Source: Eledone cirrhosa
Taxonomy: Eukaryota
DNA length: 64,000 nt
Reading direction: 5' to 3'
Assembly (NCBI GenBank): GCA_964016885.1
Contig: OZ024748.1
Span: 2,604,001-2,668,000 of the forward strand
Numbering within the stretch: the stretch's first letter is position 1; each line of letters starts with the position of its first letter. Position numbers and translations under genes: made by a program. Positions 12,988 to 25,930 of the stretch are shown here, piece by piece. The notes beneath the pieces are model-generated. The model ran no database searches and was not told the DNA's origin. It was given only the letters and a program-made list of their open reading frames with translations.

Positions 12988-13598
12988 GGCGGCGGATTGG
13001 CAGTATCGGTAGAGGGTCGGACGCCATGCTTTGACGCATAGAGTTACGGCTCTTGCCATTCTGAGTTCAAATCCCGCGGAGGTTAACTTTGCCTTTCATT
13101 CTTACGGGGTCGATAAAATAAAGTACCAGTAATACACTGGATAATTGCTGGCCTTGTGCCAAAAGTAGAAACAATTATTATTTAAGGATTGGCAGTATCG
13201 GTAGAGAGTCTGACGCCATGCTTTGCAGCAAAGAGTTACGACCCTTTATGGTCTGAGTTCAAATCCCGCCGAGGTTAACTTTGCCTTTCATCCTTACGGG
13301 GTCGATAAAATAAAGTACCAGTCATGTACTGGGTTCGATTTAATCGACTTTCTCCTCTCCCCAAATTACTGGCCTTGTGCCTATATAAGAAACCATTATT
13401 TAAGAAAATAGAACAACATGCTTTGCGGAATATAGTTACGTCCCTTTACTTTCTGACTTCAAATCTCGCCAGGGTTAGCTTTGCCTTTCATCCTTAGATG
13501 GTCAATAAAATAAAGTACCAGTTCTGCACTGGGATCGATTTAATCGACTTTCCCCTCCCCCCCAAATTGCTGGCTTTGTGCCTAAATCAGAAACCAAT
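12988..13598 (+). mobile_element. Three head-to-tail SINE family A copies
   Basis: Copies at about 12988-13181, 13186-13400 and 13415-13598 (5' truncated); A-box-like tggcagtatcggt and B-box gagttcaaatccc. Confidence 0.85.
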
Positions 13599-13815
13599 AT
13601 ATCGATATATTGAATTACATCGATTTCACCATCAATGAATGATGAATTGTCAACAATTTAAAAGACATCTTTGTTTTTTTTTATGAACCCGTAACTCCTG
13701 GTGGAGTTGTGGGGTCGTTGTCGTGACATACAGGGTCTCGTGAGTATTTAAAAAAAACCTGGCGAACCCCATCTCTCCATGTTTGATTTTTTTCCAGAGA
13801 AGGATAAAGAGATAA

Positions 13816-13901
<86 letters not shown>

Positions 13902-14184
13902 ATACTTGGGGAGGGTCATATTGTTATAATATTGCCAGAAATAATAACAGAATACACTCACTGTTTGGTCTGGGTTGGTTTTCGCTTCTCTATCTGTTAT
14001 ATCACTATAATTAATTTATTGGCCAATCAATGTTTATCATTGATTGACCAACGGTTTAAAATACGGATATAAATATATATATATAGTGTGTCAAAGTTCT
14101 TTCGTCGCACATCTACTACATCATCAGTGGTACTATTATGTTTCCTCCCGTTGTGTTGTAAAGTCTACGCCATTTTTATTTAAT

Positions 14185-14269
<85 letters not shown>

Positions 14270-14270
14270 A

Positions 14271-14339
<69 letters not shown>

Positions 14340-14449
14340 TAGTAATAATTGTTTCTACTTTTTGGCACAAGGCCAGTAATTACCCCAGTACATTACTGTA
14401 ATAAATACAAATTACAAAATCTGAAGAGGACTTAACATTTTAATCTGTA

Positions 14450-14536
<87 letters not shown>

Positions 14537-14648
14537 ACCCCACCCATATTATAATACACCCCATCAAAAAGTTGAAGCTCATGCTTTTCGTTCATATAAC
14601 TTTAGTTCATGTATTAAATAAGGAAGTAAATAAATTGTCCTAGTTTAA

Positions 14649-14872
14649 CCCTTTTGTTAGCAACATGGCCAAAACCGGTTCTGGTTCTATAAAATAAAGT
14701 CAGCCATTTGAAAGGTTTCTAATCTGTATTAAAATCTTCCAACATAATTTTATATAAAAGTCTTACGATAGTTACTATCTTAGTAATGAAATTATTGATA
14801 ATTTTAGTAAATCCCTCAAAATTAATTAATTAAAATAGAGTGTATTTCATTAGAAATGTAGTCATGAAAGGG
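14649..14872. mobile_element. piggyBac-like MITE
   Basis: TTAA|cccttt ... aaaggg|TTAA termini. Confidence 0.65.
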
Positions 14873-14924
14873 TTAAATTATTTATATTTATAGGTTAAAA
14901 ATAGACAAAGTAGTTATTTGTTGT

Positions 14925-15450
14925 TGTTGGTGTTGTTGGTAGTGGTAGTGGTAGTGGTGGTGGTTGTGGTAGTGGTAGTGGTGGTGGTGGTAGTTGTGGT
15001 GGTAGTTGTAGTGGTGGTTGTGGTAGTTGTGGTGGTGGTTGTGGTGGTGGTGGTGGTAGTTGTGGTGGTGGTGGTGGTTGTGGTAGTGGTAGTGGTGGTG
15101 GTGGTAGTTGTGGTGGTAGTGGTAGTGGTGGTGGTTGTGGTGGTGGTGGTGGTAGTTGTGGTGGTGGTTGTGGTGGTGGTGGTTGTGGTAGTGGTAGTGG
15201 TGGTGGTGGTAGTTGTGGTGGTAGTTGTAGTGGTGGTGGTTGTGGTGGTGGTGGTTGTGGTAGTTGTGGTGGTTGTGGTAGTGGTGGTGGTGGTGGTTGT
15301 GGTAGTGGTGGTGGTGGTGGTGGTGGTGGTTGTGGTAGTGGTGGTGGTGGTTGTGGTAGTGGTGGCGGTGGTAGTGGTGGTGGTGGTAGTGGTGGTGGTG
15401 GTGGTGGTGGTGGTAGTGGTGGTGGTGGTGGTGGTGGTGGTGGTGGTGAT
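14925..15450. repeat. (GGT/AGT/TGT)n trinucleotide array
   Basis: Direct observation; source of the poly-P, poly-T and poly-V ORFs. Confidence 0.95.
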
Positions 15451-15733
15451 TGTAGTTGAAAATGCAACCAGTGAACTTCCAAGTTCTTTTCTTGCACTGT
15501 CATTCCAGACAGACGGAAGTGGTCCACTGCACCCCACCCCCATATACACTCCCCCTACACACACACATATATATATACTCCTCTACACACACAAACACTC
15601 ATACACATACACACACACATACATTCACACACCCTTACACACACACACCTACACATAAACATCAACATACAAACACACACCTATATTCCTAGACACATAA
15701 ACCCACACACAACACATATACCTATGTACTTAT

Positions 15734-15786
<53 letters not shown>

Positions 15787-17304
15787 ATACACTCACACAG
15801 ATACATATAAACACACACTTGTATTTCTAGGCATGCATTCATACTTACACATACATCTACATACTCATACTTTCACACACTCATGTACACATAAACACCT
15901 ATCCACACACACACATCCTCACACCTACACACACATCCTCACACCTACACACACATCCACTCACACCCAGCCACACGATCTATATTGATATCTGCTATAC
16001 AATGTCTGCTTATCAAATGTTCTGTACACGCCAATCACGATAGATAGTAACACAACTCCACGGATATGACTAACATTTCATAAGATGGAATCAACACGGA
16101 GAGAAATCAAACACAATAATAAACCTAACCATAGAACAGAGCCTCTATACGGTCGATAGATATGCTAGAAATAGCAACCAAATCCCTCCCTAATCACACT
16201 AATTGTCTTGAAAAGTTAAAGTGAAGACAAGGAGGGTATGTTGATCAATGTAGAAAGTTCCAGATAAAGAGATAATTTTGGATAAGTGACATTTGGAAAG
16301 ACTTTGATCAAATCTTTACTCGATTCCGAGTTGACCTTGGGCTAAACAACAATCGCTCACGACGAAAGATGAGCTGTTCCAGGTGATGGTGGTGGTGGGG
16401 AGCCTCTACATGTGCTGGTGGTGGTGCTGGTGGTGATGATGGTGGTGCTGGTGGTGCTGGTGGTGCTGGTGGTGGTGATGGTGGTGAGGTGGGGAGCCTC
16501 TACAGGTGATTGTGGTGCTGGTGGTGCTGGTGGTGATGGTGGTGATGATGGTGGTGGTGGTGGGGAGGCTCTACAGGTGTTTGTAGTTGTGGTGGTGTTC
16601 ATGGTTGAGTTGGTGTTGGTGGGTAGTGGTAGTGGTGGTGGGGTTGGTAGACAGCTTCTACAGTGTCTATACCTCCCCCCTACACCTCACCACCACCGCC
16701 ACCACCATACTACCACCACCATCTATTGTCAGTATTCCCAAAAGGTTCTGGAATCCATACTTATTTTTCTGTTGTTGTTGGTTGTGGTGTCTTGATGTTG
16801 TTGCTCTTTTGGTTGTTATTGTTGTAGCTCTTGTTGTTGTTGCTCTTTCGGTTATGATTGTTGCTTTGGTTGTTGTTGTTGTTGTTATGTCGGCTGTTGT
16901 TGTATAAACATTATCTGGTCTGTTCCGTTTCATATGATAGTGTACATTACATCTAGCGTGTCACATTGGGAGGAGTTCTCAGGACAAAGAAACCAACGGA
17001 GCACCACGTTTTATTCCTTCCCCAACAAACACTTCGTGAAAAAACTTTATTTATTTATCTATCTATTCATTTAATTATTTGGGTTTTTCTCTGAGAAATT
17101 TTGAAATGTCGGACTAGGCCGACTGCTATACCATGTTAAGTTCCTAATCTCAGAGTTGAAATCTTACTGAAATAAACTGGCTTTGATTTTTCTAATTTCT
17201 TGGCTTCATGTAACCCACTGTTAGTACCAGTAATATATTGGTCCAAAATAAATTGATAATATTCCTTTCCCTTAGCGTATCAGCTCGCCTAAAGTCTGTC
17301 TTAA

Positions 17305-17529
17305 CCCTTTAACATTTACATTATTCTATATTTTCTATTGTATTTTCGGGGTAAAGGCTTTACCTCACATAATTATCTCACATAATATCGAATCTACGAG
17401 ATTTTTATAGTATTTATTTTGAGAACAATACCTTAACATCAGTATGAATGGCCGGTTACAGCTGGTTTGAACAGAAAGAGGTGAGAGAATTAATTCTGGC
17501 CGGCTACGGCCGGTTTAAATGCTAAAGGG
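17305..17529. mobile_element. piggyBac-like MITE (second family)
   Basis: TTAA|ccctttaacattta ... taaatgctaaaggg inverted termini; right TTAA replaced by a G-run. Confidence 0.6.
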
Positions 17530-18055
17530 GGGGGGGGCGGGTTGATCGCAGTACTGGACTAGTTCTAGTATTTATCAGCTTCGAAAGAAGGATGAAAAGC
17601 AAAGTTGACCGCGGTATGGGGGGGGGGGCTGTTTATGGCGACGACGAGATGATGATGATGATTTTATATAACACCTATGTGGTCTCAATAGACATATAGA
17701 TCTATAACACGTATAACTATTCACAGAACCAGACAACATCTGGATCTAGCTGATGTTTATCTTGTTGAAGACTGCAGTGACATTTCAATATACAGTTATA
17801 AAGATGGCGGTGGATTGGCAGTATCGGTAAAACGTTGAACAAAATACTTGGCAGTATCTAGTTAGGAATTTCTACGGTCTGGTGGACTCAGTCAAAGTGC
17901 AGTTATTTGTGGTCTCCTGCACATTCCCCTCACAACACATCTTTACACTAAGTGCAGAAAATCCAGGATTCCATTAATCAAATACGTTTTATCTTTTAAA
18001 ACAGCATGATGTATTTGGAGGAAAATGTTGCTGCTATTTCTTGTCGGTCGACCGC

Positions 18056-18092
<37 letters not shown>

Positions 18093-18439
18093 GAGAGAGA
18101 GAGGGGTCCTTCATTAGCTCATAGAGGGAAGAAGGTGAGGGTGAAAAGCGTTTGGAAATCATTGACATATATGTTGGTTGAGCAGACGGGTGTGATTGAG
18201 ATGAGAAGACTAGTTACATGGATACCATTCTCTGAACTCCCATCTATTGCACTGGAGCCATTAAGTTGTGGCTTTTATGACCAACAGCTGCTGTTGCGTG
18301 TGAAACAAACAGGTTGACTTCTCCATTTAGTGAGTCCCATTGTGAACACTTGCTAGAATCTCATAAAAACGAGGCACAGAGCATATGTCAGTCAATCCTA
18401 TTGGTGGCCTCCCCACAGCCCCCCCCCCCCCCCGGCGGA

Positions 18440-18560
18440 CAGAATGGAGGACGGCAAGGGAGACCCGCTGGAGAAGCCATTCCAGCTCGCGAGGCGCACA
18501 CCCGCGGTTGGCCAGCTCAGCGCCTATCGTGGTGTATCGTCTTCTTTCGGCTCTGATCAT
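18440..18560 (-). mobile_element. Possible CRE-like (RLE) non-LTR retrotransposon C-terminal fragment
   Basis: GC-rich island; minus frame IGAELANRGCAPRELEWLLQRVSLAVLH resembles the RE..WL.QRLSLAV motif at CRE-clade C-termini (recall). Confidence 0.4.
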
Positions 18561-18707
18561 TAACTAAGTGTTTCTACACTAATATCGTTACACTGTATTC
18601 GTCGTCGTCGTTGTTGTTGTTGTTTAACCCTTGGTCAGTCCTGGAACGAGCAGGGCTATGATTACTACCGTTCCTTTCATGACCATTCCATAATTTGTTT
18701 AGACATA

Positions 18708-18860
18708 GGTGCAAGCATGACTCTACCGTTAAGGAGCTCGTCTTGCAACCACAGGGCTCCGAGTTCAATCCTACTGTGCAGCTCTTTGGGCGAATGTTCT
18801 CTGTTATGGCCCCGGGTTGACTAACAATGCCTTGTGAGAGAAATTTTGTAATTAGAAACG
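18708..18860 (+). mobile_element. SINE family B head, degraded
   Basis: gagttcaatcc B-box followed by tttgggcgaatgtt...gccttgtgag, the reverse complement of 9660-9800. Confidence 0.55.
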
Positions 18861-18872
18861 ACAAAAACCGAT

Positions 18873-19004
<132 letters not shown>

Positions 19005-19375
19005 TATTTATATGTATATATGTATAATAATATATGTGTATATGTATAATAATTGTTTCTACTTTTTGGCACAAGCTGAGTGGGGTTGCCGGTTTAGTCA
19101 CCGACGACTCGACCACACAATACACACAATATGTTATTTGTAACGGAGAGGGCGACTGCACATATACTCTCAGTCACGCCAGCTAAAGGCCACAACTGGT
19201 TACACACACACATACATACATACACACACACATATACACACATGCATACACACATACATACACACATACATACACACATACATACACACATACATACACA
19301 CATTCATACACACATACATACTAATAAACACACACATACACGCACAATATCTACATACATACACATATACATACA

Positions 19376-19821
19376 GAACTGATGAGAAATCTGCAGATAC
19401 TCCACCCTGATTACACCTTCAGATTTATACCTGTGATTATTGGGGCACTGGGGTATGTTAGTAACTGCCTCAATACAAATCTTAAGAAGCCTGGCTTCAC
19501 AGGAACAGAAAGAACACAACTAGTTAGGAAATTACAAGTACAATCCATTAATGGAACAGTAAAAATATGTAAAACATTCCAAATATTCTGCATCTAATAA
19601 CTGCATATACACATGTACAGATACAAAGCATATACACATGCACATATACAACTCAAAACATACACATCCACACATACAATAACATCCATATCTACACATG
19701 CATGCATACATATCTACCTAGTTGATGTTGTGTAAATTCCAATGAGAGAGTCTTGTGTCTATGTTTGAAACCGACTCTCTCTCTATTGGTAAAACTTTGT
19801 GAAATTATAAAACCAGAAGAA
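19376..19821 (+). mobile_element. R4/Dong-type RLE LINE, 5'-truncated (ORF end + 3' UTR)
   Basis: ORF ELMRNLQILHPDYTFRFIPVIIGALGYVS...SINGTVKICKTF*; 3' end gaagaa joined to (cata)n. Confidence 0.75.
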
Positions 19822-20113
19822 CATACATACATACATACATACATACATACACACATACATACATACATTACATACATACATACATACACACATACATACA
19901 CATATACATACATACACATATATGTATACACATACACATATATATATATATACACACATACACATATATGTGTACACATACACACATATATATACACATA
20001 CACACATATATATACTAACACACACATATATATATATATATATAAATATATATATATATAAACACACACACACACACACGTATATACATACGCACACACA
20101 TATATATACACAT

Positions 20114-20180
<67 letters not shown>

Positions 20181-20973
20181 TACATACACACACATATACA
20201 CACATATACACACATATACACACATATCTATATGCCAGCTTGCACAGTGAGAAACTGTTGATACTAGGTTTGACTCATTACCATTATATAAACAATAACA
20301 GCTATCGATCGAACCAGCAAGCTAAGGTCAATGGATTGTTAACACCTATTATTGAAATCATCATACCCCTGTCTACCCCAGCAACATTACTTCATATACC
20401 CGCCCATTCTACCACCACCACTACCACGTCCATCTTATTCTTGATGTCGTCTGCTTCTTTTGTTCTGATTTTGTTGTCATAAAAATGTCATTTCTTTCTT
20501 GTCATTATATCCTTCGTTTGTGTTTATTTCTTCGTCTTCGTATTTATTTAGCAAACAACGAATTTATTTTTGTTAAAATGGCTTTATGCTCTTCTTTAGA
20601 AATCGCCATCAAATCGTTTGTTTATTTATTTTCGTTGCAGTACGTGATACAAGCTGTTGCAAATACTATGTATTTAATCGTTTGTTGTCTACTGCAGCTT
20701 TCTATTGATTTTCCTTGCCTGTTTAGTCCACTAAGAGGAAAGTGCAGCGCCTGTGATTCTTTTTGGGGGGTCTCCGAGTCTACTAGGTGGTAGGGAGGGA
20801 ATGCTTGCAACAGAGTAAACTCTACTAAAGGTACCAAAGACCCGAATTGTCGGTGGCAATGTTTTAAAGCCGTCCTCCGGATTAAGTCCACCAGCCACGC
20901 TACAAGACGCTTTACAAATATTTGTTGCATTTCATCGTAATTCTGATATTTTATTTCTTATTGCTTTGTAAAA

Positions 20974-21105
20974 GGGTGTGGTCTAGTGTTTAGTGTATCG
21001 ATCTCCCGATCATGAGATCGTCGATTTGATCCCTCGGCCAGGCGGTACGTTGTATCCTTGAAAATAAAAAGGCACTTTATTCCATCTTGCTCCAGTTCAT
21101 TCAAG
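20974..21105 (+). mobile_element. tRNA-derived SINE head (third type), degraded
   Basis: gtggtctagtgtttag A-box-like and ttgatccc B-box-like, then tccttg..aaggcacttta; related inverted fragments at 22660-22720 and 41840-41935. Confidence 0.5.
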
Positions 21106-21125
21106 GAAAAAAAATCAGTATTATT

Positions 21126-21313
21126 GGATTGGCAGTATCAGTAGAGGGTTGGACGCCATGCCTTTCAGCATAGAGTTACGGCCCTTTACGGTCTGAGTTC
21201 AAATCCCGCCGGGGTTAGCTTTGCCTTTCATCCTTACGGGGTCGATAAAATAAAGTACCAGTAACGTACTGGGATAATTGCTGGCCTTGTGCCAAAAAGT
21301 AGAAACAATTATT
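21126..21313 (+). mobile_element. tRNA-derived SINE, family A
   Basis: Near full-length match to 12988-13181. Confidence 0.85.
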
Positions 21314-21360
21314 AACAGCAGAAGCTGCTACAGACGTTTCCCTTTATAAATCGTCTTATA

Positions 21361-21540
21361 CGAGGGTTGGCTGAAAAGTTCATAGGCTGACCAAGATACT
21401 CTCATGGAATGACCAAATGAGGTTTATTTTTTAGTCATAATCTTTGTAAAGAAACTATGTTGAAATTAACGCCTGCAAGATTTCACAACTCTAGCGTCAA
21501 TCCTTCATAGTCAGCCTATGAACCTTTCAGCCTACCATCC
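21361..21540. mobile_element. Mariner-type MITE
   Basis: TA|cgagggttggctgaaaagttcataggctgac ... gtcagcctatgaacctttcagcctaccatcc|TA; about 31-bp TIRs. Confidence 0.8.
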
Positions 21541-21750
21541 TACATAGAAGGCAGTGAATTTATAGAGTTGTTAGAGCATCGAATCAAGAACGCTACTTCG
21601 GTTTTTGTTCCGGGTCTCGTCACCGTGAGTTCAAATCCCACAGAGTCGAACAATAAAGTAGCAGTCCAGTATTGGCCCATATTCTTCTAACTATCCTTAT
21701 AACTCTCTCTCTCTCTATTTCTTTCTACCTAGAGAATAAATCGGCTGTTA

Positions 21751-21871
<121 letters not shown>

Positions 21872-22093
21872 TAGTAACAGCCGATTTCTTATATATATAT
21901 ATAATAATAATAAAGTACGTGTTCCTATTTGTAAAGAATACACACAGGGATACAAGTATTATCCAACCGTATGCCAATATGGTTCTATGACAGGTTAATA
22001 AATGAACGAGCCAGAACATATAAAATCAAGGTTTAGTAAATAGAGAAAAAGTTTTAAAATAAATTTTAAAAAGTTCGCTGGACTTACTATATG

Positions 22094-22133
<40 letters not shown>

Positions 22134-22225
22134 GTTAACATATACATAAAGTTATAGATATATATATGTTGCAACTGGTCACTTTTAAGCTCTATGAAGA
22201 ATTAATAAATTAAAAAATCAGACCA

Positions 22226-22339
22226 ATATATCATAAATCATGTCTTTCGAATCATCAGATAAAATATATACTATTTCTTCTTCTAATTAGAAGAAGAAAT
22301 AGTATATATTTTATCTGATGATTCTAAAGACATGATTTA

Positions 22340-22347
<8 letters not shown>
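22226..22347. repeat. Spacerless palindrome (61-bp arms) with hammerhead-like cores
   Basis: Centre ctaa|ttag at 22286/22287; one mismatch; CTGATGA-TTC-(G/T)AAA on each arm reading outward. Confidence 0.85.
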
Positions 22348-22392
<45 letters not shown>

Positions 22393-22403
22393 ACACTTCT
22401 CAC

Positions 22404-22434
22404 CTGAAGAAGGGCTTATGCCCGAAACGTCGTC
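22404..22434 (+). ncRNA. Minimal hammerhead ribozyme core (PLE-type)
   Basis: CTGAAGA-A-GGGC-ttat-GCCC-GAAAC-gtc-GTC; AATAAA at 22469-22474; the 22390-22520 fragment lies between (TA)n tracts; no clear stem I. Confidence 0.65.
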
Positions 22435-22518
22435 CCCCACCTACCCCCACTCTCCTGAGCGTGAATTTAATAAACATTTATTGTACTGCCTCTCTGTTCT
22501 GTCCCTGTTCAATTTTTC

Positions 22519-22554
<36 letters not shown>

Positions 22555-22717
22555 CGATCGATCGACTTTCGTCAAATCGGACCGAGGAATCGGTGTTTCC
22601 GTTAGTCTTTCTAATTGGTAATACTCTCTATCAGTCGCAACCTCCAGGTAGAAGGATACAACGCATCACTCGGCCCGGGAATCGAACTCACAACAATTCA
22701 ATTCTCTAACCACTTAG

Positions 22718-22767
<50 letters not shown>

Positions 22768-22782
22768 TACAGTTCGATAACT

Positions 22783-23072
<290 letters not shown>

Positions 23073-23260
23073 GATATAGATATATATATATATATCGGGG
23101 CCTATAAAATAAAATAAAATAAAATAAAAAAATGGATAGATGGAAAAGGGTTGGAAACCCATAAGATGGACTGTACCTGTAATTCAAAGGGCCAGCCTTG
23201 TTACACACCGTGTTAAATTGATTTTCCCTGAGAATCACGTTTATATATATATATATATAT

Positions 23261-23690
23261 AACAGAGTTTTGTAGGTTGCTTGAAGCATTGTTTAATAGG
23301 AAACACAGATTTAAATTGTGAAGACCAACACAATGTGTTATGAAGAATGTTAAATTGCCAACATAACAAATCATCTTACCATAGCAAGGTTAACGATCCC
23401 AAATATGTTCGGGTTTAAAAACCCATCATCAAGGGAGTAACCCTACTAGAGACTTAAAAATCGATCGGTTAGACTTGTTTGTATGGGATCGATTTTTAAG
23501 TCTCTAATAGGGTTACTCCCTTGATGATGGGTTTTTAAACCCGAACATATTTGGGATCGTTAACCTTGCTATGGTAAGATGATTTGTTATGTTGGCAATT
23601 TAACATTCTTCATAACACATTGTGTTGGTCTTCACAATTTAAATCTGTGTTTCCTATTAAACAATGCTTCAAGCAACCTACAAAACTCTG

Positions 23691-23692
<2 letters not shown>
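23261..23692. repeat. Long inverted repeat (206-bp arms, 20-bp spacer) in (TA)n
   Basis: Arms 23261-23466 and 23487-23692; one mismatch seen; variant hammerhead-like fold in each arm. Confidence 0.95.
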
Positions 23693-23741
<49 letters not shown>

Positions 23742-24103
23742 GGGTAAAGATTTGGGGGTGAAATATTTCTGCCAACAAAATTTTCAGTTCTGTGGGCTAC
23801 TTGTAGTCCCACAGTCAACAACAACACATAATAAATAAAATAAATAAAATAAATAAAATAAATAAAATAAATAAAATAAATAAAATAAATTAATTTAAAA
23901 AAATCGAATCGATTCATTACAGGTTGAATCCGTTTGATATATTCCGTAGAGTATCAGAAATTAGACATGTCTACAATCTCCACGACAACGAGGTTGTCCA
24001 AGGGAAAGTCAAAACACGATAATGATTGGCACCAGTGACGTAACAACTCATTTCTACAGATGAGTGAACTGGACAATGGGAAATAAAGTGTCTTGCTATA
24101 TAT

Positions 24104-24197
<94 letters not shown>

Positions 24198-24200
24198 GTT

Positions 24201-24267
<67 letters not shown>

Positions 24268-24366
24268 TCACATGTAGATGTAGAGTTAGATATATGTATA
24301 TATATATGTGTATATATGTATGTATATGTATTAATTATATATTTATGCGTTTATACACACACACAC

Positions 24367-24421
<55 letters not shown>

Positions 24422-24571
24422 CATTGTCCTGAATTTTCTAGGATTAAAAATACATTGCTGGTGACAGCTTGAGAAGAAATGCGGCGCCTCTGTCTGTGAT
24501 TGTTGCTCGGACTGACGCCCACCCAGTTTAGTTATGAAAGACCTGCTTTTGAACAAAGATAGCTTAACGTA

Positions 24572-24658
<87 letters not shown>

Positions 24659-25651
24659 TATATATATATATAATATATACTATATATATATTATATACTA
24701 TATATATATTATATATATACTATATATATATATAATATATACTATATATATATACATTATATATATAATATATATATAATATATATAATATATATAATAT
24801 ATATATTATATATATAATATATATACTATATATATAATATATATATTATATATATAATATATATATTATATATATAATATATATATTATATATATTATAT
24901 ATATATTATATATATATTATATATATATTATATATATTATATATATTATATATATATTATATATATAATGTATATATATATAAAGCTAATAATATATTTA
25001 TAGATAATAATAATAATGATTCCATTTCTTGGCCACAAGGGCCGAAATGTAGGGGCCAATACAAATACACGGACAATAATAAAATTAAGGATTACGAACG
25101 AGATATCAAAATAGCATCATTATGTTTATTCCTGTGTGACGCGCGTTTCGCGATCGATCAGTTCAAAGTACAACCAGTATCGGTTGTGTCCGACTCTCGA
25201 ATCGATAACTTATTTGGTGAATCGAGTATTCAGTACTCTGACTTCGGCAGGATTTGAACTCAGAAAGCAGAAAGCCGAAATGACTACCGCAAAGTATTTT
25301 ATCCGACGCTCTAACGACTCTGCCAATTTGTTGCATACATACTATAAAACTGATGAACACACATTAGTTGCTAATCTCATAAAACTTAAGCCAAAATGCA
25401 CCACACCACACCACACCAAACCAGACTACACCAAATCACACCACACCACCACACCACACCAGACCACACCACCACACTACACCATACCACCAAACCACCA
25501 AACCACGCAACATAGCTCGGTATCAACACCAAACCACAAATATTTAAACCCGAGAACAATCTAGAAATGAGCAATGTGATTCATAAATTCAATTACAGAA
25601 ATGGAAGTTAGGTAGAAGTTCTTTATGTGTTTATATAATTATTTATACGTA

Positions 25652-25818
25652 CCGTATTTCCCGGCGCCGATCACGCTTCATCCGCGAGGTCGCACCCTAA
25701 TTTCCACAACCAAAAATTTGAAAAAAATAATAAACAACCTTCGGCCTCCAGGACCCATGGTACATTTTTGAGACTTATTTTAGGAAAAAAGTAGCGTCTT
25801 CAACGCCGGGGAATACGG
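25652..25818. mobile_element. pogo/Tigger-like MITE
   Basis: TA|ccgtatttcccggcg ... cgccggggaatacgg 15-bp TIRs. Confidence 0.7.
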
Positions 25819-25930
25819 CATATTTAGCACAAGATCGACATTTAAAGGGAAGCAGGAAAGTCGGTTAAATCGACCCGGATGAATTACTAGCACTTTTTAA
25901 TTTTATCAATCCCCAGAAGAATGAAGGGCA

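Noticed and set aside
12988-13080. tRNA gene suggested by A/B boxes
   Set aside because: Continues into a multi-copy SINE body; no cloverleaf or acceptor stem
14895-15658. Poly-Pro (formin/extensin-like), poly-Thr (mucin-like) and poly-Val ORFs
   Set aside because: Open in several frames because of a (GGT)n array; no flanking domain or splice support
20640-20930. Possible exon(s) in a unique island (similar case at 8700-8872)
   Set aside because: Several candidate acceptors but short frames and no recognisable homology
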